Source: Methanobacteriota archaeon
Lineage (GTDB): Archaea > Thermoplasmatota > Thermoplasmata > SG8-5 > JAGLSY01
Direction: 5' to 3'
Assembly: GCA_020697715.1 (NCBI GenBank)
Contig: JAEHCO010000001.1
Location: 384,001 to 448,000 of the forward strand
DNA length: 64,000 bases
Every line of letters begins with the position of its first letter. Position 1 is the first letter of the stretch. The notes under the pieces are model-generated. The model had not been told where the DNA came from and made no database searches. It saw only the letters and a program-made list of their open reading frames with translations. Positions 48,095-57,472 of the stretch are shown here, piece after piece. Both the position numbers and the translations under genes were made by a program.

Positions 48095-49762
48095 TCACTC
48101 AATAATCTTCACAGATTCGCCACCATGCCTCGTCTCTCTTGGTCTGATCTGGACAAATAGAGGATTGGACACTCCACCACCACTGACGATCGCTATGCCA
48201 ATGGGTATGCGTTGTATCTCATCCGCCATTCCGGCTGATAAGCCTTCTACTGACGAGACAATGGCCTTGATATCATTTGGATTCGTAACCTTGAGAATGA
48301 CCTGGGTATTACACTGGCTCAGCACATTCTTATCCACTTTGGCCGCCCTCTGTGTGATGATCACCATGCCGAGTCCGAACTTCCTGCCTTCTGAAGCAAT
48401 GGTACGCATGATCTTGGACGAGTCCATCACTCCTTGCTGGGGGCAGTAATTATGCGCCTCTTCCACCACCATCAACATTGGTGGTATGGAATTGACCTTC
48501 CTCAGTTCGAAAAGCGCCGTGGCTATTCTGGCAACGATCAATGCCTGAATATCTGGAGGTGTCCCTCTCAGGTTCAGAATAGTGGTCATGCCTTTGACAA
48601 TGAGCTCGTTCATCTTGGTCCCGCGCTCGGCGAAGATGTCTATTGAATTGAGATATTCCAGTTCCTGTATGAGGGTTCCAACTCCCCCATCTTCCTCGGC
48701 TTCCAGAACTGTCATCAGCTCCCGCAGGCTGAAGGAGGCCTTGGTGGCCTTCAGAGCCTCGATCGCTTTCTTGAGCGCGGTCAGCTCCTTTCTTCCATTC
48801 TTGATATTGGTAAGATCCATCAGATCCTTCGGTTCCATATTGGACAATGTGAATTTCAGTGGTTTGGCATTGGGATTTATTTTCGTATCTGGTGAGAATT
48901 CCATGATCTTGTCCCTGTATGACCTTGGGCTGATGCCGAATTTCTCCGCACCATCGACCACCACGCCGGAATCCACCATGGAATTGTATTCCCCATGTGG
49001 ATCCACGATGAGCACGGTGACATCGTGTTTCATTAGCTCTTCAAGGATGACACCAGTCATGTAACTCTTACCACCACCAGTCTTGGCCAGAACAGACACG
49101 TGCTTCTGGACCATGGAATTGATATCCAATTCAATTCGAATATCATGGCCATTGAGCATTCCGATGAATGCCCCGGTCTTTGCATCTTCCTTTATGCCGA
49201 TCACATCACGTATCAGCTCATCATCAGCTGTTAGAACTGGCGAGCCAGCTTTAAATGGCGTACCCGGTACTTGAAGCAGGCCGCGGTCATCACGATATCC
49301 CAACATCGTGATCATCGCACTGACCCTTTCCTCAATGCTGACATGCTGACCTTCGGACATCAATTTCGCCTTGTCCAGTGAAAGGTTGGTCTTCCTCTCT
49401 ATGGAATCCACCTGGCCCAGAACCATACCACAGGCCTCGTGGGGCACCATGATGTACTCGGCTTTTTCCAAATGGCCTGTCACACTGCATTTGAAGGTCG
49501 TTGTCCCGACATCGCCGTAGATGATCCCGACAACGTTGGAGCCTGGTGCATGACCATCATGATTCGCCTCATTGAGATTATCATGGGTGTGATCATCCGT
49601 ATGATCTTCAAACGTATCTACATCGTTCTGGCCTTCGCTAACTGTGTCCGTATTCTCTTCATAATCTGAATTATCTTGCATCCCATCCAAGATGAATCTC
49701 TCCATTCTATTTCGAAATTTCCGGAAACAATCACTTACGTTCTCGCTTCCATTCGCTTCCAA
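48095..49762 (-). CDS. HerA-like ATPase (HAS barrel + DUF87)
   Basis: HVSVLAKTGGGKS, DPHGEY, VVEEAH, EGRKFG, TQR, SQCNT; start probably 49707 or later. Confidence 0.92.
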   Translation of the reverse strand: MEANGSENVSDCFRKFRNRMERFILDGMQDNSDYEENTDTVSEGQNDVDTFEDHTDDHTHDNLNEANHDGHAPGSNVVGIIYGDVGTTTFKCSVTGHLEKAEYIMVPHEACGMVLGQVDSIERKTNLSLDKAKLMSEGQHVSIEERVSAMITMLGYRDDRGLLQVPGTPFKAGSPVLTADDELIRDVIGIKEDAKTGAFIGMLNGHDIRIELDINSMVQKHVSVLAKTGGGKSYMTGVILEELMKHDVTVLIVDPHGEYNSMVDSGVVVDGAEKFGISPRSYRDKIMEFSPDTKINPNAKPLKFTLSNMEPKDLMDLTNIKNGRKELTALKKAIEALKATKASFSLRELMTVLEAEEDGGVGTLIQELEYLNSIDIFAERGTKMNELIVKGMTTILNLRGTPPDIQALIVARIATALFELRKVNSIPPMLMVVEEAHNYCPQQGVMDSSKIMRTIASEGRKFGLGMVIITQRAAKVDKNVLSQCNTQVILKVTNPNDIKAIVSSVEGLSAGMADEIQRIPIGIAIVSGGGVSNPLFVQIRPRETRHGGESVKIIE

Positions 49763-49873
49763 TATGTCAAACAGTATATAATTAGGTGAATATAAATATA
49801 TGGGATAATCTGGTTATATAATATTTTGTTTATCAGGTCACAAATGAATGATCACTCGATATATTAACAATTG

Positions 49874-49932
49874 TTAGGTTAAACCATTATATATGGGTTT
49901 TCGGCTATACTAAATATATTCGGTATGCCGAA
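49874..49932 (+). promoter_or_regulatory. three DtxR/IdeR-like operator boxes around the TATA box of the iron permease
   Basis: TTAGGTTAAACCAT (49874), TTCGGCTATACTAA (49900), TTCGGTATGCCGAA (49919); TTATATAT at 49887. Confidence 0.6.
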
Positions 49933-49946
49933 AAGGAGGCTAAATA

Positions 49947-50834
49947 ATGATAGGTCAATATTTGATAACATTCAGGGAAGTATTGGAAGCAGCATTGATA
50001 ACCAGTATAATTGCGGCATATTTTCTGAGAACCAATAGATATCATCTGATGAGGCATGTTTGGCTGGGCATTGGAATAGCGGTTTTGACAAGTATCTCGA
50101 TCGCAGTGATAGTTTCGATCTTTTATGGGGGTCTGTCCGAGGCTGGAGCCAAGTTATTCGAAGGGGTCGCCGCCCTGATAGCTGTGGCAGTTTTGACCAC
50201 TATGATAATTTGGATGGCCATCAAGGGCAAGAATATTAGGGAAGACATTGATGAGGATCTAAGCCAGACAGTTAAAAAAGGCACGGCTCTAGGTTTGGTT
50301 GGTTTTTCTTTCATCGTGGTCTTCAGGGAGGCATTTGAAACAGTATTGTTTTTGATACCCTTCGGAGCTTCAGACCCTGCTGGTACTATTGCAGGCGCGG
50401 TCCTGGGCTTGATATCCGCCCTAATCATATCATTGCTCATATTCAGAGTGGGGGTCAAGATCGATCTGGGAAAGTTCTTCTTCTTCACAAGCATATTGCT
50501 AATATTACTGGCTGCCGGGCTCTTCGGATACGGTGTTCATGAGATCATCTCATATCAAAAAGCTACAGGAACCGAGATAGGGTGGCTGGGTCAGTATGCA
50601 TATGAATTGGACATTTCCAAGGACAGCATATGGTACCACAAAGGCGCATTGGGCTCTATTTTTGCAGTTATGTTTGGCTATAGTGTGAAGATGGAATGGG
50701 CCAGGATAATTGTCCACATAGCTTATCTACTGATCTTCCTCCCTCTAACAATTGTCGCATATACCAAACCCCATTATCTTGACAGGGCTGTAGATTTTAT
50801 AATGCGGGTCAAAAACATTTCCAATGGTTCCTGA
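49947..50834 (+). CDS. FTR1/EfeU family iron permease
   Basis: Two RExxE motifs (REVLE, REAFE), GVHE; AGGAGG RBS. Confidence 0.93.
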   Translation: MIGQYLITFREVLEAALITSIIAAYFLRTNRYHLMRHVWLGIGIAVLTSISIAVIVSIFYGGLSEAGAKLFEGVAALIAVAVLTTMIIWMAIKGKNIREDIDEDLSQTVKKGTALGLVGFSFIVVFREAFETVLFLIPFGASDPAGTIAGAVLGLISALIISLLIFRVGVKIDLGKFFFFTSILLILLAAGLFGYGVHEIISYQKATGTEIGWLGQYAYELDISKDSIWYHKGALGSIFAVMFGYSVKMEWARIIVHIAYLLIFLPLTIVAYTKPHYLDRAVDFIMRVKNISNGS

Positions 50835-51888
50835 GATGAGTCTTTAGATCGGCCAGCATCTTCTCGGTAATTCTATCCAGCTTGTCCGCGGTATATCCAC
50901 CAGGGCGCTTGTATTCAGCTGGAGCCAATGCTCGATAGTCCACATCCAAGCCCTGTATACCGGCGAACATCGCCAGCCAGCCATAGGTTACGAAATCACC
51001 ATATCCACTGACCATCATGTCTATGAGCTTACCACATGCCCCATCTCCCTCGAACACGGCTTTTCTCACCTTGCTAGCCATCATGTTCAGACCATCATAA
51101 TCAAGGCCCAATAATGTCAGTTCATCCCCATGATAAGGATCTGAGCCTCCATTTCTTATTATGACGTCTGGCTTGAACTCATTCACCAGTGGTTGGAATA
51201 TATCGTCGATGGCCCATTCGTATTGAAAATATGACGAGTATGGCGGCATGGGGATATTCACGGTATAACCCTCCCCAGCTCCCACTCCGATCTCATTGAC
51301 AAACCCCCTGCCAGGATAAAGGGTCCTTGGATCCTGGTGTATGGAGATGAAAAGTACGCGTGGGTCATCATAGAATATGTCCATCGTGCCATTGCCTTGA
51401 TGAGCATCTGTATCGAAGATCAATACCCTCTTCTGGCCGTGTCTTTCCAGAAGAGCTTTTGCAGTTATGGCCACATCATTGTAGAGACAAAAACCCTCTC
51501 CATAATCCTTGCCCGCATGATGCAATCCTCCGAATGTGTGGACTATCCCGCCTTTCTCAAGCACTAGTTCAGCCGCTTGCAGACCAGACCCAACGATCAA
51601 TGATTGCACCCCGGTGACATCTGAATTCACCGGAGTGTCCATGGTGATCCGGCCATTGATCTTTTCCAGGTATTTGATATGTGCCAGATAATTATCATCA
51701 TGCACCATCCTAAGGTCTTCATCGGTGGCGGATATCAGGCCCATCTTGTGAATATCATCTATCAATTCGGCTTTTTTTAGAAGTCGAATAAAACTGGCAA
51801 ACCTCTCCGGGTGGAAGGGATGACCCTGCCCGAAGTTGAACTTCGCCAATTGCTCGCTGAAAAATATAGGGATATTATTATCACCCAT
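50809..51888 (-). CDS. histone deacetylase family (AcuC-like) hydrolase
   Basis: HPFHPER, GGLHHA, GFCLYND, DTDAHQGNG, G.DPYHGD, SGY. Confidence 0.93.
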   Translation of the reverse strand: MGDNNIPIFFSEQLAKFNFGQGHPFHPERFASFIRLLKKAELIDDIHKMGLISATDEDLRMVHDDNYLAHIKYLEKINGRITMDTPVNSDVTGVQSLIVGSGLQAAELVLEKGGIVHTFGGLHHAGKDYGEGFCLYNDVAITAKALLERHGQKRVLIFDTDAHQGNGTMDIFYDDPRVLFISIHQDPRTLYPGRGFVNEIGVGAGEGYTVNIPMPPYSSYFQYEWAIDDIFQPLVNEFKPDVIIRNGGSDPYHGDELTLLGLDYDGLNMMASKVRKAVFEGDGACGKLIDMMVSGYGDFVTYGWLAMFAGIQGLDVDYRALAPAEYKRPGGYTADKLDRITEKMLADLKTHLRNHWKCF

Positions 51889-51952
51889 GCTCGAGCCAGT
51901 GCTATCTTGTGGCAAATTCTCCAGTCCTTTGTAAATATTACTTATCGATTTA

Positions 51953-52207
51953 CTAGTTCTGGCGGCCGTCGTATCGTGATGCTTTCTCACGGTATTGACG
52001 GATCTGGGCTCTCACCTTGTTCATCTTGATTTCCATCTTCTGAGCCTTTGCCTCGAGCTTCGCTGCCTTCGCCCTGTATTTAGCAGCTTTAGCCTGGTTC
52101 TTCGCATCCTTCTGCATCTGTTTGGCTTCTCTGGTCATCTGCTTGGCATCTTTCTTCATCGCCTTCGCATCGCCAGCCATCGCCCTGGAGTCATCATAGC
52201 TACTCAT
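51953..52207 (-). CDS. small basic Ala/Lys-rich coiled-coil protein
   Basis: Heptad DAKAMKK/DAKQMTR/EAKQMQK repeats; host-like codon use; GGTTGA RBS-like motif. Confidence 0.7.
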   Translation of the reverse strand: MSSYDDSRAMAGDAKAMKKDAKQMTREAKQMQKDAKNQAKAAKYRAKAAKLEAKAQKMEIKMNKVRAQIRQYREKASRYDGRQN

Positions 52208-52309
52208 AATTATCAACCATTAATAGTCCTGGGATGATATAAGGTTTTACATTTGGAGCAGGAAGGGCCGGGGATAATAAATTTATAGCTAATCAGGATA
52301 AGAGTATCA

Positions 52310-53590
52310 ATGAGGGCGAATCTCGAATCTTATGGCTGCACCCTGAACAAGGGAGAGGCTGAGGAACTGGCCGCCATGCTTGATAAAGGCGGCCATGAGG
52401 TCATACAACTTACTGATGCCTTACCATCGGGGATCGTGGACATCTCCATTATTTTCACCTGCGGCGTCATCAACACCACAGAATTACGGATGTTGAGAAG
52501 GATAGGCCAGTTGAAAGACATCTCAAAAAGCATAATGATCTGCGGATGCCTCGGAGCCATATGCGAGAGTGAGATTCTGAAGATAGCCCCGGATGCCATG
52601 ATATTTCCACCAGCCTCGAATAATGACATCCTCAGGGCGATCAATGGCAATGGCAATGCGAATATGGTCGATGATGCAAATTATATCGCCCTCGAGCCCC
52701 GAGATAATAAGATCGGCATCCTGCCCATATCCACTGGCTGCCTGGGTGATTGCACTTATTGCATCACTAGATCCGCCAGAGGCCAGCTGAAGAGCCGTGG
52801 TCTGGAAGAATTGAAGACCAGGGCATTGGACCTTATTTCCACAGATATTCGTGAGCTCCAGATCACTTCCCAAGATACGGCAGTTTATGGCATGGATATG
52901 GGACCGGAAGGCCCACGCCTACCCGATGTCATGAACATGGTATCATCGATAGATGGTGATTTCATGGCCAGGGTGGGCATGATGAACCCCAGTGCGGTCA
53001 TTGAAATTCTTCAGCCCCTCGTGAAAGCCTATGCTGAAGATAAGATATTCAAATTCATCCATCTACCTCTGCAATCAGGTAATGATGAGGTACTGGAACA
53101 CATGAACCGTCATTATTCCATATCTGATTATGTAGAAATTATCCATGCCTTGAGAGCCGCGCATTCAGATATATTCATCTCCACAGATATCATCACTGGA
53201 TTCCCTGGTGAGAAGGAGGATCAATTCCAGGACAGTATGGATCTCATATCCGCCCTGTCACCCGATATAGTGAATGTCACCCGTTTTTCCGCACGTTCGG
53301 GAACCAAGGCGGCCGTGATGCCAGATCAGGTTCCTGGTTGGATATCCAAGGAGCGCTCACGTATTATGATGGAACAGAGGTTCAGTATATCGAAGGCCAA
53401 AATGGCATCCCGTATAGGGGAAAAGATCGATGTCCTGGCCACGGAATATAAAAAGCCAGGCACCACCTTTCTAAGGTCTAGGAATTATAGGCCAGTGATC
53501 GTGGAGAAACATCTACCACTTGGCGCATGGTATGAGGTGGAGATCGTGGATAATACTGATATTCACATGATCGGCGAGCTAACCGTGTGA
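52310..53590 (+). CDS. t6A37 tRNA methylthiotransferase (MtaB/MiaB-like)
   Basis: YGCTLN, TCGV, GC, CLGDCTYC, HLPLQSG, TDIITGFPGE, TRAM-like C-term. Confidence 0.92.
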   Translation: MRANLESYGCTLNKGEAEELAAMLDKGGHEVIQLTDALPSGIVDISIIFTCGVINTTELRMLRRIGQLKDISKSIMICGCLGAICESEILKIAPDAMIFPPASNNDILRAINGNGNANMVDDANYIALEPRDNKIGILPISTGCLGDCTYCITRSARGQLKSRGLEELKTRALDLISTDIRELQITSQDTAVYGMDMGPEGPRLPDVMNMVSSIDGDFMARVGMMNPSAVIEILQPLVKAYAEDKIFKFIHLPLQSGNDEVLEHMNRHYSISDYVEIIHALRAAHSDIFISTDIITGFPGEKEDQFQDSMDLISALSPDIVNVTRFSARSGTKAAVMPDQVPGWISKERSRIMMEQRFSISKAKMASRIGEKIDVLATEYKKPGTTFLRSRNYRPVIVEKHLPLGAWYEVEIVDNTDIHMIGELTV

Positions 53591-53655
53591 ATCCCATAAT
53601 AATCAATATTCTGCCATTCTAAATATTTAAATAAAATCCATCCATTACGCGTCGT

Positions 53656-53985
53656 GTGAACGAGACAAAATCCTTTTTAATGACAGAGATCGAGCTTCTC
53701 CTATCTGAAAAACAAACATCTCTAGCCACACTGCGAACTGGCATCGCGGTCTTCACCCTTCCTTTCTCTGTTCTGACCATCCTCATAGCCACATCCAGTT
53801 ATTACGATGTAACCTCTGGAAAAGTGATATGGATGTTCATCGCCCTAATTGGCCTATGTGCTTGCCTGAGCTTATTTGGCGGATATCTGGTATTCCATGG
53901 ATTGTCCATGTTAAGAGCCTGCGATCAAAAGATAAGTGCGATAAAGAAACAAAGCAAGTTCATCAATAATCTGATGGTTGAGTGA
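53656..53985 (+). CDS. DUF202-like membrane protein
   Basis: LSEKQTSLATLRTGIA followed by two TM helices. Confidence 0.75.
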   Translation: MNETKSFLMTEIELLLSEKQTSLATLRTGIAVFTLPFSVLTILIATSSYYDVTSGKVIWMFIALIGLCACLSLFGGYLVFHGLSMLRACDQKISAIKKQSKFINNLMVE

Positions 53986-54018
53986 ACTATAGGATCGATA
54001 ATAGCCACATGGCGAACC

Positions 54019-54327
54019 TCAATGAAGTGGCCTTCGACATTTTGAGCAGATGATCTTACTTTCTTTTTTACATTTGGTACATCGACCAGCCATGAATTTC
54101 TCTTCTACCGGGGCGAAGCAACAATCTGACACAGTGTCCACGATATGCCCACAGTATTTACAAGGATGTTGTTTTGGCTTTTTCGGTGTAAGGACCTTGG
54201 TGAAAAGATAATAGCCAATATACAGTCCGATTATTACCAGACCTAGAAGTACAAGATAGGTGAAAAGGAACCCGCCTCCGTCATCTTCCCCCGGAGTGGT
54301 CTGCAGATAATACAGCAGATTGTACAC
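54019..54327 (-). CDS. membrane-anchored zinc-ribbon protein
   Basis: One TM helix then CKYC, CC, CTKC, CSKC. Confidence 0.7.
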   Translation of the reverse strand: MYNLLYYLQTTPGEDDGGGFLFTYLVLLGLVIIGLYIGYYLFTKVLTPKKPKQHPCKYCGHIVDTVSDCCFAPVEEKFMAGRCTKCKKESKIICSKCRRPLH

Positions 54328-54477
54328 GAAATAGGGTAATCGTAATTCTCATAAAAGACTTTGGTTGGGTATAATATGAATTAACAGGGTTCGAAATCAT
54401 CATATGTATATATTTGACCAATTCAATAAGAAAACTTTAAGATGGAAAACATATTTCCACGGCACACGAGACAATAT

Positions 54478-54553
54478 ACGGGTGTGGTGTAGCCTGGTAT
54501 CACTTTAGCTTGCCAAGCTAAGAACTCGGGTTCAAATCCCGGCACCCGTACCA
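54478..54553 (+). tRNA. tRNA-Gly(GCC), encoded CCA, A1-U72
   Basis: ACGGGTG/CACCCGT-A-CCA, TTAGC-TTGCCAA-GCTAA, TCGGG-TTCAAAT-CCCGG. Confidence 0.93.
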
Positions 54554-54718
54554 TTCTATTCTCGTCATATTTTCATCGTACTCATAGAACGGCACTGATC
54601 TTTGTTGAGATATGCTCAATTCTTTTATTGTGATTTTAATTAATTCAGAATTGGGCTGGCGCGAAAAATGAGAATGAACGTCGATAAGTGCTCATTTTTC
54701 CCATCCCGGCACCCGTAC
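54554..54718 (+). mobile_element. degenerate tRNA-linked element, copy C, ending in a 16-bp duplication of the tRNA-Gly 3' end
   Basis: ATCCCGGCACCCGTAC at 54536 and 54703; ATGAGAATGAACGTCGA resembles the left end of copies A/B. Confidence 0.55.
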
Positions 54719-54719
54719 T

Positions 54720-55184
54720 TCATTTTTTATTTGATTCAGAATGTATCATTCCAGCATGTTCCTTCAGGATGCATCTGTCCATGATGACGATCATCCCAGC
54801 TTCTCTGGCCTTATCCGCAGCTCGATTATTGACTATACCTTCCTGCATCCAGATGACCTTGGCCCCTTTTTTTATTGCCTGATCCACTATATCTGGCACA
54901 GCGGCAGGCTTTCTGAATATGTCCACAATCTCGATATCATCCGGAATATCGAGCAAGGCGGGATAGGATGTCTCTCCAAGTATATTTTCATGCATTGGAT
55001 TGACTGGGTATATCTTGAAATCATGATCCTGCATGTACTTCGCCACTCTGTTGCTGGCTCTATCTTCCTTTGGAGATAGACCAATGACCGCGATCTTGGT
55101 GTAATTCTTCAAAACATGTAATATCTCTTCATCCGAAGGCGGTGTCAATGATATCTCGCATGCCATCTCATCTTCATGTGTCAT
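54720..55184 (-). CDS. CoA-binding protein (YccU-like)
   Basis: IAVIGLS, YPVNP, VDIFR, WMQEG, DRC. Confidence 0.93.
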   Translation of the reverse strand: MTHEDEMACEISLTPPSDEEILHVLKNYTKIAVIGLSPKEDRASNRVAKYMQDHDFKIYPVNPMHENILGETSYPALLDIPDDIEIVDIFRKPAAVPDIVDQAIKKGAKVIWMQEGIVNNRAADKAREAGMIVIMDRCILKEHAGMIHSESNKK

Positions 55185-55213
55185 ATTATCAGCTCAATGA
55201 ATACCAGTGAACA

Positions 55214-55938
55214 TTAATAGATATTTCCTCTCATTATGACATTGTCCACATAAGGACTGGCCTCCAAGACCATTTCATTGAAGGCTGGTCGTTCATAAGG
55301 CTCTATGGCCGCGATATCCTCCATATATGATCCAGGCCCGACAAATTGCTGGAGAACGTATTTTCTGGCTCCCTCGATGAACTTCGCGATCTTCACCACG
55401 TCATCCACCTCCACCAGTGTTGGGACCACGGTAGTTCTGAACTCGTAATCAATACCAGACCCCATGAGTATGGATATGCTTTTTTTGATCTTGTCAATAT
55501 CGATCTCCACGCCTGAAACAGCATCATATTTACCATTCAGCTGGGTTTTGATGTCCATTGCGACATAATCTACAAGTCCCTCGTCAATAAGGATTTGTAA
55601 TAGATCTGGATCCGATCCATTTGTATCCAGTTTGATCAGGAATCCCATATCTTTGATACTGCGGAGATATTTTGGAAGTTCGGGATACAATGAAGGCTCA
55701 CCCCCAGTCATGCAAATACCGTCTATGAAATCCTTATGCGCTTCCAGGTATTTCATTACGTCCTCATGTTTCACATCTTCAAAATCATCCGGTTTCTCGA
55801 AAAGAGGCCAGTTATGGCAGTAGGGGCATCTGAAATTACAATTGGGGACGTACAGGGTTGTGACTATCTTACCATCCCAGTCCAAGAAGGATGTCTCGAT
55901 CATTTTCTTTATTGTCACTGACATATCTAATTTCTCCA
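55214..55938 (-). CDS. anaerobic ribonucleotide reductase activating-type radical SAM protein
   Basis: TSFLDWDG, CNFRCPYCHN, TGGEP, KLDTNGS, YEFRTT, YVLQQF; start uncertain. Confidence 0.88.
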
Positions 55939-56284
55939 TTTTGAATCTCTTGTTTCGCTCATTCAATTTCGAAATTTTGGTTATGCGAATCAAATCAACA
56001 TAACCAATCTATCTACGATCAGATATCTCGATCCCACCTATCGAATAATATATCAACTTTCCATTTGATAAGTATCTTTCGCCAAAATATACGTATCTGG
56101 ACACATAATTATTGTTAATTAATACATTCCGGCTCTGATGTTCATGGAGCATTTACTGAATTGTTAAATAAAATCATGAAATAATAGAAAATATTATAAA
56201 CACCACGGCAAAAGGTTTTTATACCCCCCCAATCTATTTACATCATCTACGTGGGCTACGTACAATATAACGGAGCGAAATAAA

Positions 56285-56719
56285 ATGGCAGTAATGACCA
56301 AGACAAAAGAGAGCGAGTTCGTCACGCTCACGGTGGATGACCTCACAAGCGCTATCAGGAACAGTATCGACAGAAGAGGCATGCCTAATGAAGAAGCACG
56401 CCACATGGCTCAGCATGTCATGAACTTCTTCGGTTACAGCGAGAGGATCATCGATAATATTTTAGAGCCAGAGGATAGAGATGCTTTCTACATGCTTGAG
56501 GATTCTGGGCTTTTGACAACAGAAAGAGAAGAGACCACTCTGTACGATGGAAGAGAGTGGCGTATTCATTACTGGCTGTTCAGGAAGGATAAAATCCTGG
56601 GTCTTGTCAAGAATGCGGAAGAAAAAACTCGTGTGGTCGAGGAAGATCTTTCTTCTGTCTATGATGATGTCCCGGATAATATTTGGGAACTCACAGAAGA
56701 GAGTGAAGAAGAAGAGTGA
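56285..56719 (+). CDS. conserved winged-helix-like protein with acidic tail
   Basis: DRDAFYMLEDSGLL...GREWRIHYW; TTTTATA promoter upstream. Confidence 0.8.
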   Translation: MAVMTKTKESEFVTLTVDDLTSAIRNSIDRRGMPNEEARHMAQHVMNFFGYSERIIDNILEPEDRDAFYMLEDSGLLTTEREETTLYDGREWRIHYWLFRKDKILGLVKNAEEKTRVVEEDLSSVYDDVPDNIWELTEESEEEE

Positions 56720-57056
56720 TCTATTAATTCATGGATCATGGCTTGTGAAAATATGATAATACAGCCAAAGCTCTATCGAATATCTCTGTATTCATCATAA
56801 TATATCACATTTTCATTCCATAATATGAATTACCAGGCCAAAGGCCTGAAAGATCCAACTAATACTTTCACCCACCCTGAACTTTCACTTATATATCACA
56901 ACATCATGATGGTGATTGTCGCTGGAATTCCGTTGCCGGTGATAGAACAAACAAACGGAGGTTGAAAGAAGAGTTTCTTGATCCAGCAATGCCAGATCAA
57001 GATAATTTTGCATCAGCCCTCCCCCAAAACGGCGAACACAAAGGAGGTGAAAATAA

Positions 57057-57269
57057 ATGGCCGAATCAAAACTGATCGGATATGTTCGGAAGAGCAAAGG
57101 CGGCTGTGCTTTAAAATTAAGCATAGATGCCAAGGCGTTCTCCGAGGCTGAGCGATTCTCTACCAAAGACGGTAGGGAATATGTCCAGCTCATATCCAAT
57201 ATACCGAAGATCGAAGAGATAATATCGGGTGATCGTGAGGTCACCAGCATCTGCCAACTTGTAGAGTAG
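57057..57269 (+). CDS. small conserved hypothetical protein
   Basis: Perfect AGGAGGTGA RBS, ATG start, downstream hairpin. Confidence 0.8.
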   Translation: MAESKLIGYVRKSKGGCALKLSIDAKAFSEAERFSTKDGREYVQLISNIPKIEEIISGDREVTSICQLVE

Positions 57270-57349
57270 TTGGCCGATATCAAAAAAAGATATCGTAATC
57301 AGATGTCAATGAACATGATCATTTTGATATAATCATTTCATTTTTTACC

Positions 57350-57408
57350 GATCGGAGGACAATTAAGCCTTTTATATTTCGGGTTAAGCCTCCTCCGATC
57401 CATTTTTT
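57350..57408 (+). terminator. hairpin plus T-tract downstream of the 57057 ORF
   Basis: GATCGGAGGA ... TCCTCCGATC 10-bp stem then TTTTTT. Confidence 0.55.
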
Positions 57409-57472
57409 ACTTGTAATATTACATCAAATCATTCCAATATTATTTTATTGGAATTCCCTATTACATTCCATT

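Noticed and set aside
55214-55938. Second activase as partner of the HypD enzyme
   Set aside because: Motifs fit the anaerobic RNR-activase group, and HypD has its own adjacent activase
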